In this document: piece after piece, positions 20,607 to 32,249 of the stretch
Layout: each line of letters opens with the position of its first letter
Position numbering within the stretch: the stretch's first letter is position 1
From: Candidatus Latescibacterota bacterium
GTDB taxonomy: Bacteria; Latescibacterota; UBA2968; UBA8231
Length of the DNA stretch: 64,000 nt
Direction: 5' to 3'
NCBI GenBank assembly: GCA_965208105.1
Contig: OZ242318.1
Span: 3,136,001-3,200,000, forward strand
Made by a program: the position numbers and the translations under genes
The notes under the pieces: generated by a model
Told to the model about the DNA's origin: nothing
The model's input: only the letters and a program-made list of their open reading frames with translations
Database searches by the model: none

Positions 20607-21599
20607 GTTCAATTCTCCTTCCATTTCTATCGAATTTTCTGCGGGCGCCATGGCAGGTCCGGAGAGCCTCCCCGCGCGTGCTCACAGCAAATTCCATAAG
20701 CTTTGCCAGCCTCATCGATTACCACTTGCCCGCATCCTCTGGCGCCCACTTGTCCGGATACGAGCCTTCCAAGCCTTCCCTCTTGCTTTGTGTGAGGAAT
20801 GGCGGGTCGAGGCATTCCAGTTCCATGGAGGCGGAGGCCATGCCGCGGAGCGCTTCCAAGCTTCCCGGTGAAGCACTGAATTGCCGGGAGGAACAGGATC
20901 TGGAAGAAGGCTGCTATTTGCTGCTGTGGATTGAGGGACTTGCGGCGGGACTACCACATGCCGGTCCATCGTACAATTTTCCTTCAGGTCGATTATTTTG
21001 AGCGATCGATCAACGATGGTGGGTTGCTAATACAATGTATGATTCGTGCCGCCAGAACTCAAACATATCCGGGGAAGATCTGCGAGAAAATTCACGATTT
21101 GCCGACCTGATCTGCTCGATTCTCTCTCGATTTTAGGACCGTATAGTTACAGGTTGGTTCATACAGCAACGAAAAAAAATTCCTGAAATCCCCAAATATT
21201 CCGGAAATTTTCACTCCAAAAGCTACCACACTGGGGCAAGAAGATGGAGGCATTCACCCAACAAGGTTTTTTCCCGAATGCTCTTCCTTCCGATCTTCAA
21301 ATTCCACGGGGTAACCTCCGATCTGTAAGGTTGTGGAACTGCTCTTTCACTACAATCATGACATCTGGACCGCCGGCGACGGCCATTGCTCTGTTAAGGA
21401 TTCAGACATGTAATTTTTCTTACTTCGTGGTAGCACTGGTCAAGGTCTAAAACTCAATGCGGACTCTTTAACAGCCCACTAGCTTCCGGACCTCCGTTTT
21501 CCTCAAGAATTTCATCTTGTCCAGCCACACGCGCTTCCTTTCCACTAGATCGATCTACCCATCCTGCCTCTGATTTCCTACCCCTTGTACGAAGAAACG

Positions 21600-22113
21600 A
21601 TGGCGCCTTTCGACTGTTGGCCATCCTGGATGAATACACCCGGGAATGCCTGGCGATGGATGTGGCCCGACGGATGAGCCACCGGGATGTAATGGACCGG
21701 TTGGCCGAGTTGTTTATCGATCAGGGCGTGCCGGAATGTCTTCGCTCAGACAACGGCTCGGAATCTACGGCTCAGGCGATCCGGGACTGGCTCAAGGCCA
21801 TAGGGGTCAGGACGCTCTACATCGAGCCGGGCAGTCCTTGGGAGAATGGCTACGTGGAGAGTTTTAACGGCAAGCTCAGGGACGAGCTGCTCAACCGAGA
21901 GGTGTTTGAAACCCTGAGGGAGGCCCAGGTGCTGACCGAGAGATGGAGAAGAGAGTATAACCAGATTCGGCCTCACAGCGCATTGGCCTACCGGCTTCCG
22001 GCGCCGGAGGCCTTCCTGCCCAAGAGGCAGACAGGGAATTCGTCCTTGGGAAATGGTCCCTTAATAATTCCCGCACTAACTTAGTAGTTGGCACCATTCG
22101 TGGGGGCAGGTCA
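21600..22113 (+). mobile_element. IS3-family (IS407 group) 3' fragment with IRR
   Basis: Close copy of the 3' part of 23199-24465; ends GGGGGCAGGTCA. Confidence 0.85.
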
Positions 22114-22213
22114 CGCGTGCTTTTCCAGTGTTCAGTCGACTGGGAGCTACGAGACTCATCCTCAAGCTCTTCCTCGGTGAACTCGTACGAGTCATGCCTG
22201 ATGGTTTCCTTGC

Positions 22214-23095
22214 TCATGCTTGACGGTCCATTTCACCCACCATGAGAAGCAACGCTTCGCACAGTCTCACGAGAGCAAGCGCCTCGGGACGAGTGAACAA
22301 GCTATCCTGACCATATTCGTGGTGGTTCAGACTGGCCAGTTGCTTGATGGCGGTAACGATGCTGCTGTACTGCTTACCGCGTAGTTCGTCGGTACAGGCC
22401 GTCAGATAGTCAGTGATCTTTCCGTGCCCTTGATCCCTCAGATCCTTTTCTAAGGCCTCTACTATCATACGGCAGACTCCTACTGCGTTAGGTGGGTCGC
22501 TCGAAACAAGTGCACGGGCGGCGTTGAGATGGTTTACCGCGTGCTGAAGACTCCCGCCTTCCTTCAGGACACGGCGTAGCTCGATTACATCGAAGTCGTT
22601 GTAGCCGGATTCCAACAAGAACACGAGCCACATGTCGGTAGGCACCACGAACGACCACGGGTGTTGGCGAATGGGTTCAAGGACTCCATTAATCCACCAC
22701 GAGCCGTTCAGATCCATGCAGAAGATAGGGGAAGCCGCCCCCCGCTCGGCCTCTAAGCGGGTCAGGACATGGTGAGGCACATCGCAGTACATCGTGAAGG
22801 TCTGTTCGGAAGAGAAGGGTGCCGAACGCAAATTCTGAAGACTCTTCGGGGTGGACAGATCACCGATCACTGGACCGGTTTCGGATCGCCAGCGCAGCTG
22901 TCCACCTAGGGTTGCGATCCTGAACCCAACAAGACCCTCCTCGGATCCCCCGGACGGGGGTACATCCTGAAGCTGACACCCTGCCAAAAGCCCGATGCGA
23001 GGCTGAAAGGCGGCTTCAGCCACGATCCGGCTCACCCAAACTGTCCCTACGCCGTAATTCCTTATGAGCAAGTCGTTCTGACCAAGTCGAGACAT
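22214..23095 (-). CDS. Hypothetical protein with HEPN-like C-terminal domain (paralogue of 1280-2191)
   Basis: GGAGG RBS; 42 of the first 60 aa identical to the paralogue. Confidence 0.75.
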   Translation of the reverse strand: MSRLGQNDLLIRNYGVGTVWVSRIVAEAAFQPRIGLLAGCQLQDVPPSGGSEEGLVGFRIATLGGQLRWRSETGPVIGDLSTPKSLQNLRSAPFSSEQTFTMYCDVPHHVLTRLEAERGAASPIFCMDLNGSWWINGVLEPIRQHPWSFVVPTDMWLVFLLESGYNDFDVIELRRVLKEGGSLQHAVNHLNAARALVSSDPPNAVGVCRMIVEALEKDLRDQGHGKITDYLTACTDELRGKQYSSIVTAIKQLASLNHHEYGQDSLFTRPEALALVRLCEALLLMVGEMDRQA

Positions 23096-23198
23096 CTCTC
23101 CTCCAAAAATGGAATTGACGGCCCCTCAGGGCGCTCTGTATATTATCTGAAGACATGAGCATGAAAGAGCCGGCCTGATCGTTGTTACCAGCAGCGAC

Positions 23199-24465
23199 TG
23201 ACCTGCCCCCACGAGTGGTGCCAGTTTTTAAGTTAGTCCCGGAACCATAATGGGTCCATTCCGCAGGGGAGAATTCCCAGCCTGCCTCCTGGGTAGAAAG
23301 GCCTCCGGCGCTGGAGGCCGGTAGGCCAATGCGCTGTGAGGCCGTATCTGGTTATACTCTCTTCTCCATCTTTCGGTCAGCACCTGAGCTTCCCTCAGGG
23401 TTTCAAATACCTCCCGGTTGAGTAACTCATCTCTGAGCTTTCCATTGAAACTCTCCACATAGCCATTCTCCCAAGGACTGCCCGGCTCGATGTAGAGCGT
23501 CCTCACTCCTATGGCCTTGAGCCAGTCCCGAATCGCTTGAGCTGTAAACTCCGAGCCGTTGTCTGATCGAAGACACTCCGGTACGCCCCGATCGATAAAC
23601 AGCTCAGCCAACCGGTCCATCACATCCCGGTGGCTCATCCGCCGGGCCACAACCATCGCCAGGCATTCCCGGGTGTATTCATCCAGGATGGCCAACATTC
23701 GAAAAGCCCGCCCGTCCTCGGTCCGATCATGAAGGAAATCATAGCTCCACACATGGTTTCTATGGGTCGGCCGGAGTCGAATACACGAGCCGTCCGTCAA
23801 CCAAAGTCTCTTTCGCTTAGGCTGACGGCCGGGGACTTTCAGCCCTTCCTGCCTCCAGAGTCTCTCCACCCGCTTGTGATTGACCTCCCATCCCTCTCCA
23901 CGCAGCATGGCCGTGATCCTGCGATAGCCGTATCGGCCATACTCGCTGGTCAGCTCCACCATCCGGACCACCAGTTTTGCGTCCTGTTCGGGGACCTCTC
24001 GGACTCTTCGCTGCGTGGATCGCGGCTGTCCCAACACTCGGCAGGCCCGACGTTCGGAGACGCGCCCAGGTCCCCATCGATCTTGGACCCAAGTCACGGC
24101 TCGCCTCCTCTTGGCCGGGCTTAGAAGTTTCCCGACGAAACTTCCTTCAGGATCTGGTTGTCCAAAGACAGGTCCGCCACCAGCTTCTTCAACCGCCCAT
24201 TCTCCTTCTCCAGAGCCTTGAGACGCTTGGCCTGGTCCATCTTCAGGCCGCCATATTCCTTTCTCCACCGGTAGTAGGTCTGCTCGGTGATCCCCATCTG
24301 CTTGCACGCTTGGACCACCGTTTCCCCCTGGGCCAAGCGCACCTCCGCCTCCCGCAGCTTGGTGATAATCTGCTCGGTCGTAAATCGCTTCCTTGCCAAT
24401 CTTGCCTCCTTCAAATGGTCCAGTTACTATCACAGTACCTGGACTCGTTTAAGGGGGCAAGGTCA
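23199..24465 (-). mobile_element. IS3-family (IS407 group) element, complete
   Basis: Termini TGACCTGCCCCC / GGGGGCAAGGTCA; orfA 24121-24414 ([17 protein letters not shown]) overlapping orfB that ends at 23228 ([28 protein letters not shown]). Confidence 0.95.
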
Positions 24466-24789
24466 CTACCAAGGAAGGCCAGAGACGAATATTGAGCTAC
24501 TTGGCCTTCGGGTCTCCATAAGCTGGCGGCTGTCCTGCTCAGGAGCCAAGCGGAAAATTCATCTCCGTGGGATGGACTCCGCATGATGCCGGCTCAAACA
24601 TAAAGGTTGGCATCGTTCGTGGGGACAGTTCAAGATACGCACCGCCACCCTCGGATGGCGGCCTTGAGGGAAATGAGGAGGTGTTTACCTCAGAGAATTT
24701 CCATTTTACGATGGTCTCTCCCACCCGGAGCAGGATGGTCCTACCGCCCACTGCTATCACGCTAGCTTGCTCTGATTCGCTCAATCTGG

Positions 24790-25400
24790 GAGGATTTGGT
24801 CCGCAACCACAATGCACGGCTGGATAACTTCAACCAGATTATTTGCAGCCATAACCCCGGTGGACCGAGAGATGCGGTGGGGGAGTTTGCAGCGTGGAAT
24901 TACTTTTCCGGGGAGCGCCACCAGGAAGGCTACTTCTACTTGGAGAGAGCTACGAGTATCCCGAAGTTTCCTCTCTTCCCCTGCAAGAGGATGAGATCCA
25001 GGTTGCCGACTGGGACCATTACGAGGAATTGCCTCCGTTCTGACGGTCACCGAGTCCTGGGGAAGAGGTTACGATTACTCGGTTTCCGCCGAGTACGATC
25101 ACGATCCGAATCTCATCGGGGAAGGAGCCCTTCTTCTAGCCTTGCGCCTGGGCCGGACTTTTCCCACCCCCTTCAGCCTGGGGCTCCTTGCCGAAACGAT
25201 CATTCCCCTCGATCTGGACCGGGCAAGCACCGAGACCCGACTGTCCATCTTCTCCAAGAATGGACACCCGGTAAAAAATGGAGAGAAGGTCCCCCGCGTT
25301 CCTTTGCCGATTCCCACCTGGATGGGCGCAACGAGAATGGCCAGCTGGGTGCGTCGGGCACCTGCTACTCGTGCTGTAAGCGCAGGGGCACCGGATCTCC
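24790..25400 (+). pseudogene. Remnant of a secreted protein with C-terminal FlgD-like Ig domain
   Basis: Fragments EFAAWNYFSG and (W)DGRNENGQLGASGTCY with frameshifts. Confidence 0.45.
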
Positions 25401-26084
25401 AGGATGCATGCCCTCATTGGGGACTGGACTGTGCCTTCAAATAGGTGTTTTGTCTCGACAGAGCTTATACTATGATCTCAGTCAACGAGCCCACAGGATG
25501 TCCCTGTCGCCCTGGGGAACCTTAGGATGCCCCCATCTCCAGGATCTAGACTTTTTTCTTGCCTTTCCCTTTTCTCATCCATAAATTCCCTTTCGTCAGT
25601 TTTCGTACTTCCTCCCTTGTGTCGGGAGTATCGCTGAATACAATAGCCTGCTACAAGATACGACTTGCTATCGTATCTGGGTAAATAAGCGATAGTTCCC
25701 GCATTTCTTCAAAAAAGTGCGAAAACTGACAGCTCCCGACGCCATTAACCATTTGGCGTCAAGGTGTCGATCTGCATGCTCAGCAGGAAGGGAATGCTAT
25801 GTGCGATAAGGGGATGAATTTTTCTGATTCTGATTCGGATTTTTGGGGAAAAGTAGAGCACGTAGCAAAGAAGGCAGTCCAGGACTTCTCGCAGACCTGC
25901 CTGGGGATGTAGGCATGGCCCGACATTCTATGTCAGGTCGTCTTCTCATTGCCTAGGAGAGGATGCCCGTGCCGCACCCTGTCCCATTACATAATCAGAT
26001 TGAGATACGGGTCGGTTGGTATCCCTCCAGGCACTAAAAACAACCTTGTGCCAGGGCCGAAGTGCGCCTTGGGGGAGGAGTGTT

Positions 26085-26438
26085 ATGGCAAAAATTGCTT
26101 TGGGTGAGGGCGGGTTTGATGATGGTGGGTTTTGGAGAAAGATAAGAAAGTATGCAAAGAAAGTGGGCAGAGAAGGAGTCGAGCAAATTCTGCAATTGTA
26201 TTATGCAGTCCAAGCACCAACCACCCCCAAAGAAGTAAAGATTGCTATTTATGGCGCCTTGGCCTATTTCGTGTGGCCCCTTGATGCTATGACCGATCCC
26301 ATATTTGTGGACGATCTTGGCGTCATAGCCGCAGTGGCCTTAAGTGCAAAGGCTTATGTCACTCCAGAAATTGAAGAAAAAGCCAAGAGAAGGGCGGATG
26401 AGTGGTTTGGGGAAGAAAATGAGGATGAGAAGTCGTGA
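26085..26438 (+). CDS. YkvA/DUF1232 family protein
   Basis: FWRKIRKYAKKVG...LYYA...TP...K..IYGALAYFVWPLDA..D...VDDLGV; GGAGGAG RBS. Confidence 0.9.
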   Translation: MAKIALGEGGFDDGGFWRKIRKYAKKVGREGVEQILQLYYAVQAPTTPKEVKIAIYGALAYFVWPLDAMTDPIFVDDLGVIAAVALSAKAYVTPEIEEKAKRRADEWFGEENEDEKS

Positions 26439-26722
26439 GCGGCAGCATATGGAAATATGTGGCAGTCGCCGTATTTGGTGGACTTACGATTGTGGGAGGG
26501 CTGGCTGTTGCGGTTGTGGTGAAGGACAGAATACTGCATGGAAAACCAGAAGAAGTGAAGGGGGAAGCAAAAGAAGAAGCTGCAAGGGTCTCTCTTGACT
26601 CGCACGATATATATGTTGACTTCGATTTCAATGGAAAATGGAATAATGTTAACTACCATGGCATGTCAACAAAAGAGAAAATAGCATGGCTGAATAGCGT
26701 TTCAGAAAAACAGGAAACCTAA
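26435..26722 (+). CDS. Small membrane-anchored hypothetical protein
   Basis: GTGA overlap with the ykvA-like stop; N-terminal hydrophobic helix. Confidence 0.6.
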   Translation: MSGSIWKYVAVAVFGGLTIVGGLAVAVVVKDRILHGKPEEVKGEAKEEAARVSLDSHDIYVDFDFNGKWNNVNYHGMSTKEKIAWLNSVSEKQET

Positions 26723-26733
26723 TTGAAGTAAGG

Positions 26734-27012
26734 TTGGACAGTCTGAATCGAAGCACTAGTTTTTCTGTATACTTACCATACAAGGACTGCCTTCGATATG
26801 TAAGTGGATTCATTGAAACATTTGAAGATGTTGATCGTCCTCTTTATAGCAAAACAGAAACAGAATGGTATGACCAATTCAAATTTCATGGACTAAGAAA
26901 TGGGAAATCCTTGATATTTACCTGCGGCAAGAAAAACGATACATACACCGCAACTTGTTATAAGAGGGGAGTCAAGGAGACTCTTGAATATATTCTGTCA
27001 ATGGAAGAATAG
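26734..27012 (+). CDS. Hypothetical protein
   Basis: Third ORF of an AT-rich operon, followed by a terminator. Confidence 0.55.
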   Translation: MDSLNRSTSFSVYLPYKDCLRYVSGFIETFEDVDRPLYSKTETEWYDQFKFHGLRNGKSLIFTCGKKNDTYTATCYKRGVKETLEYILSMEE

Positions 27013-27052
27013 GTTCGAACGTGGATTCCTAGCTAAAAAAACAAAAATCCAA

Positions 27053-27091
27053 GAGCGCCCAAGCAGATCACACTTGGGCGCTTTCTTATTT
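27053..27091 (+). terminator. Rho-independent terminator
   Basis: AGCGCCCAAG/CTTGGGCGCT 10-bp stem followed by TTCTTATTT. Confidence 0.75.
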
Positions 27092-27471
27092 GTCGACCCA
27101 CGCGACCGAAAAGATTCGGCATGGTGTCGGCAGAATCGAGTCTCCCTCGTCTTCACCGCTGCCAACGCCTCTTACTACGTCATCAAGAATAGCGACCCAA
27201 GGGACCATCGAGACATCGGCCAGCGCATGCAGGAATACCTCGTATGGAGAAATTGAAACCAGGACGATGCCTAGCTCGCCAAGGTACAAAATTCAATTCC
27301 GACTCTTTAACAGCGCACTGGTTTCTAAATATAATTTTCATATGTGAGGAGTAGGCGATGAATCCCTTGGCTTATAATGATTTTTTTATGAAAATGTGGG
27401 GATGATGCGGCCCCATGCCCATTGCTTGAATGAGTGGAGAAGTGCAACTTCACCCCACATAGGATGGCGAC

Positions 27472-28581
27472 ATGCATTCAACCGGGGCCTTGGAACGAGA
27501 GATCAATGTCCTTCGGCAACGCCTGTCGCACCTGTTCCGCAAGTTTTCCCGGCAAGAGGCATCGGACTTGGCAGCCTGCGAGGAGGGGCAGGGCCTTGGC
27601 CTGGCCATTTGCAAGGGCATTGTCGATGCCCATGGGGGACGCATCTGGGCCGAGAGCGACGGCGTGGGCAAGGGCACCCTCGTCACCTTCACCCTTCCCT
27701 TGGCCGAAGAGGAGGGGAATGCCCTCGCCTTAGGTTCCGCTCGGACTGGCCGCAGACCCACGCCGAAGCAGGTCGGAATGCCCATCCTGGTGGTGGACGA
27801 CGACCCGCAGGCGCTGCGCACCATGCGGGATGTCCTTCGCAAATCAGGCTATGTTCCCATCGTGACCGGCGACCCCAAGGAGGTGCCCAACCTCATGGAG
27901 AAGCACCATCCCCAGCTGGTGTTGCTGGACCTGGTGCTGCCAGGCGTCGATGGGGTAGACCTGATGCAGGAGCTTTCCCAAACCTCGAACGCGCCAGTCA
28001 TCTTCCTGTCCGCCTATGGCCAGGAAGAGGTGATCGCCCGGGCCTTCGATGCGGGAGCCGCCGACTACGTGGTCAAGCCCTTTTCACCTACGGAACTGGC
28101 CGCCCGGATCCGTGCTGCTCTGCGCAAGCATACGACCACCTCGCTGCCTGAGCCGACCCAACCATATGTCCTGGGAGACCTGACTATCGACTACGCCGGA
28201 CGCTGTGTGACGATGGGCGGGGACCGGGTGCACTTGACCCTCCTCGAGTATCGGCTGTTGGTGGAGCTATCGATCCACCCCGGCTGGGTAGTATCCTATG
28301 AGCACCTGCTTCAAAATGTCTGGGGGCCTACCCAAGCCGACCTGCGGCCAGTGCGCGCCGCAGTGAAAAATATCCGCCGCAAGCTGGGGGACGCCGCCGC
28401 CAACCCAACCTACCTTTTCACCGAGCCTCGCGTCGGTTATCGCCTGGGTGAGAAAACAGAATCCTGGCATAATGGCGTTGGGGGGGAGCCTCATCCCCAA
28501 TTTTTCATGTTGTTCTTATTCGCAATGCCCATGCCACGTACCCATTCGAAGATATACCAGCTTCTGTTGTGTCTCGTGTAG
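27472..28581 (+). CDS. Internally deleted hybrid regulator (HATPase tail-REC-OmpR wHTH), paralogue of 11801-14212
   Basis: N-terminal LRQRLS joined directly to HLFRKFSR...GLGLAICKGIVDAHGG; intact receiver and wHTH. Confidence 0.8.
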   Translation: MHSTGALEREINVLRQRLSHLFRKFSRQEASDLAACEEGQGLGLAICKGIVDAHGGRIWAESDGVGKGTLVTFTLPLAEEEGNALALGSARTGRRPTPKQVGMPILVVDDDPQALRTMRDVLRKSGYVPIVTGDPKEVPNLMEKHHPQLVLLDLVLPGVDGVDLMQELSQTSNAPVIFLSAYGQEEVIARAFDAGAADYVVKPFSPTELAARIRAALRKHTTTSLPEPTQPYVLGDLTIDYAGRCVTMGGDRVHLTLLEYRLLVELSIHPGWVVSYEHLLQNVWGPTQADLRPVRAAVKNIRRKLGDAAANPTYLFTEPRVGYRLGEKTESWHNGVGGEPHPQFFMLFLFAMPMPRTHSKIYQLLLCLV

Positions 28582-28863
28582 CAGAACACGCTCTGGAGGA
28601 CGAGATCGAGCTGACTAATACGGCTTCTGTTGAGTTTGGGCGGCCATGAGTTTGAGTTCGGTGGAATTAGCCTTGATGCCGCAAAGGGGAAACAGCAGGT
28701 CTGCCGTTGCGCCGCCTTCGGCGTCTCGGTCAGCGGCAACCCTCTTCCCTGGCCTGAAACCCTGAGCCTGCTACCTGCCTTGGCAGCAATTGGTATGAGC
28801 TGGAAATCAGAGGGGGAACAAAGGCGGTTTCCCTGACTGATTACAGCAAGACTCGAGGACATC

Positions 28864-29739
28864 GTGCCTGCAAGTAATAGAGCTATAGAAACTCTGAAGG
28901 AAGTCACGGTCTTCCGTGACTCAGATGGAAAAGTAACGGGACAGAAGGGGACGACATGTACACGGTTCAGTGATGGTCAACAGGAGTGGGTTGAAAAACA
29001 ATGGGTATCTGGTGACTGGGTTTTCCCGGGTGATTATGAATACGGTGTGGAGAAGCGGGTATATGAGATTGCTAATTCTTTGGATCTTCCCGTGCCCCGT
29101 CTTCTTGGTTCCAATGACGAAGAAAGGAAGCTGCTAATTGAATACCTGGAGGGCTCATCTGTTCGTTGGCCCTGCGACGACAGCAGCCTTCTCGTTCCCG
29201 TCCTGGTTTTCTTCGATGCTTTCAAGGAGATCGAATTCACCCCCGAATTGACCCTGTATAAGATGGACGGAGAAAGGATCCGCAAATATAGGCTGGATCA
29301 GCTTCAATTCATCTTTCCTGAGGAGCCTGTCTGGAAGAAGCTGGACTCCATCTACGAGTCCTTCCTCCAGAACATCCAGTATTGCTCGATTCCTTTTGAC
29401 CGGATTCTGAAGAATACGATTCTGTTCAAGGGCACCTTATTCTTCCTTGATTTCGAGTGGACGATCGCGGGACCATACGAATTCACGCTTGCCAGGACGG
29501 CTGTCGAGTTCAACCAATATGCTCATTCTGAGATCCTATCCCGGGTGACCTCGATGAATCTGTATCATCTTTTTCTTCTTCGATTCTATATGTACGGTCA
29601 GGAGCCGGAATCGGTAAGCACGTATCTTCGCAGGAATCTTGAAGATCCCCGACTCCAAGAGATCTTCGAGATCGTAACCACGGAGGAATATGCGGACCAA
29701 CCATGGGCTCAACGGTTTGGCCGCCCCAATGTGCCCTGA
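28864..29739 (+). CDS. Aminoglycoside phosphotransferase / kinase-like protein
   Basis: PVPRLL, LLIEYLEG, D...KN and LDFEW kinase-fold motifs. Confidence 0.65.
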   Translation: MPASNRAIETLKEVTVFRDSDGKVTGQKGTTCTRFSDGQQEWVEKQWVSGDWVFPGDYEYGVEKRVYEIANSLDLPVPRLLGSNDEERKLLIEYLEGSSVRWPCDDSSLLVPVLVFFDAFKEIEFTPELTLYKMDGERIRKYRLDQLQFIFPEEPVWKKLDSIYESFLQNIQYCSIPFDRILKNTILFKGTLFFLDFEWTIAGPYEFTLARTAVEFNQYAHSEILSRVTSMNLYHLFLLRFYMYGQEPESVSTYLRRNLEDPRLQEIFEIVTTEEYADQPWAQRFGRPNVP

Positions 29740-29835
29740 TTCGAGTCCTGATGCCGTTGGCAGATAACCTCGAGGGTCCCACTTTCGATTCGCTCCGGGA
29801 TAATTAATTCCGCGGATTGGGGCACTCTTCGAGGT

Positions 29836-31417
29836 GGGTGCATTAGGTGATTGTTACGGTTCCAGTGGTTTTGTGAGGTGATCTTGGTGCTGCTGGAAGA
29901 CGCGGTCCAGCGTTCCGTTGTAGAGGGCGCAACGCAGAGCGAGGACGGCGTTGCTGTTTTCCTGATACCACCAGGCGCCCGAGCGTTTCAGTCGAACGTG
30001 GCCGATGAAGCGATGTGCCGATTCGATCGCCCCCGAGCCAATCGGGTAGCCCCCTTTGCAATGGCTGGCGAAGTCGACTTGGTGCAGCCGCTTCTGCAGG
30101 TAGGTCACGGCCGCGCCGATCGCTTCTTCGGCCTCTTCCGAGACCGGCTGCATGCGTTGCAGACCCCAGACCACGCCCGTCGCCTCCCCGCAGAACAGGC
30201 GGGCCAGCGTCGCTTCCAGCCAATGGGCGGCGCGTGCCCCATCGGCGCCGTACTGGGCCTCGGCCACCCCGTGCAGGTAGCGGCTGCAATGGTAATAGTC
30301 GAGGATCTGACGGGCCCCAGGGAACAGGTCCTCCACCCACTTCCAGATCCACGGGGCGCCATCGGCGATGGCACACAAGCGCACCTGATCCTCCGGGATC
30401 AGGCCCGCCTCCTTGACTTGGCGCAAAGCCGCTCCGAAAGCCTGTTCGTCGCCCATCTGATGCCAGGAGATCAACGGCTCGATGCGGTCGTCGTCGACCA
30501 GGTAGAAGCGGAAGCCCTTGGCCTCGTGGTATGCCCCCTGCCAGCGCCTCTTCGCCGAGCCCGGCTCTTCCGGCGCCCCGGACGGGTTCCCTTGGCGGTC
30601 TCGGGACGACTGGGCACGTCGGCCGCGTCGATGGCCAACACTACGATGGGCCGCCACTTGCGGCCGGCGGCGGCCTGGGCAATGCGATTCTGGATGTCGG
30701 CGGCGTCCGGACACACCTGCAGCACGTCCAAGGCCCCGGTCTGTTGCAGCGCTTCGTGAATCCCGCAGTCGCTCATCGACGCGTCGGTGAGCTCGTCCAG
30801 CAACTTCGAGGCGCGCTGGTGGGGCATCTCCAGCGCCAGCTGGACCCCGGCCAGCTGCACGTCCCACTGCTTGCGATGCGCCGACAGACCGAGGGCTTGA
30901 TCCAGCGGATGGAACCCGTGGTGACAGGCCGCGCAGTAGAAATAGGGCCGCTCCAGGGTCACCGGCCCCAGCAGCGTCTCCACCGTGCGCGAGCGCGACG
31001 GCCGCGCCCACAGGATGCGCTCACACCCAGGACAGGTCGCCTCTTGTTGCACCAGAAACGATCCGTAGCGGCGTTCGACCAAGGCTTCCACCAACTCTGC
31101 GGTAAGCCCGGCGCGCTCTTGGGAGACCGCCTCGGTGATCTCCATCAAGGTCGGCGCCCGAGCGCCGGAATCGGCCATGGGGGTCTCCAGTCCATCCAGC
31201 AACCTATCCAAAGCTTCATGGGCTCGGGCGCGGAAGCGCTCCCAAGCCTGCCCCTCCTGAAAGACTTCCAAAGAAAAAATCGCACTCATTGCTCCCCACC
31301 TTATTTGAACCAGGGGAGCCTGCCGTTGCCGTGGGGAATACGGCAACAGATATCAACATACTGGAAAATATACACATACAAACAGGAATCAGGCCATAAC
31401 AATCAGCTCAGGCGCCC
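29836..31417 (-). mobile_element. ISKra4-family element with 8-bp target duplication; transposase (31289-29854) frameshifted near 30550
   Basis: 24-bp IRs GGGTGCATTAGGTGATTGTTACGG / CCATAACAATCAGCTCAGGCGCCC; TTCGAGGT on both flanks; ADGAPWIW, ILDYYH, GSGAIESA, RLKRSGAWW. Confidence 0.9.
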
Positions 31418-31475
31418 TTCGAGGTTATGTGCCACGAAAAACAAGGTCCAGCAACTCTAGTTGGCTAGGTTATAG

Positions 31476-31859
31476 TGGGTACCTTATCACTTGATGAAAG
31501 GAGCCCCCCATGCCTGAATCACGTATCCTCTATCCCCCCGAATTTCGCCAGCAGATGATCGAGCTGGTCCGCTCCGGACGCTCGCCTGGCTTCTCGGTCT
31601 ACCCGCCCTCCATCGCCAGCAGCCGACAAGCCAAAGCGCTATGAGGCTGGTCTATGGCCTCCACCGATAGATAGTCTGCTCGGTTTCCCCATCTGCTTGA
31701 ACGCTTGGACCACCCTCGTCTCTTGAGCAAAGCGCACCTCTGCCTCACGCAGCTTGGTAATAATCTGCTTGGTCCTACATTGCTTTCTTGCCATCCTTGC
31801 TCCTTTCTGAAGTCCAATCTTGGACCCTGTTCCTGGACTCGTTTAGGGGGGTAAGGTCA
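31476..31859. mobile_element. Adjacent IS3-family remnants (left end like 1111 on +; internally deleted IS407-group copy on -)
   Basis: 31476-31590 matches 1128-1245; 31600-31859 matches pieces of both ends of 23199-24465. Confidence 0.7.
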
Positions 31860-32249
31860 CCACTGGATAATCACATATTTCGATTATTTTTCTATTGCTG
31901 TCTTCGTGAATGATTTTCAAAATCTATTCCCTCTTTAATCCCACAACAGCACTATCACACCTATCAGCACCAGTAGCCAGATCCAGCGTCTATTCATCAA
32001 GAATCTCCTCTCTTAAAACCCATATTTGAGATTCAGAGTAATCTTCCTCGCCTCCCATCCATTTCAACGACGGCTTCAGTGAAGGTAGTCATGGTTGCCG
32101 GCTCTCACCTCTAACTGGACTTTTGCAAAATGAGGATTTCCTGCTGATGAGTCCAGGTTTTCGGTAGCAGATATGTCGCCCGCCTGAGTATATTGGCGAG
32201 GCAAGGTCTCTCCCGCCTTGCACGTCCCCTGTCGCTGTGAGAGGGGTTC

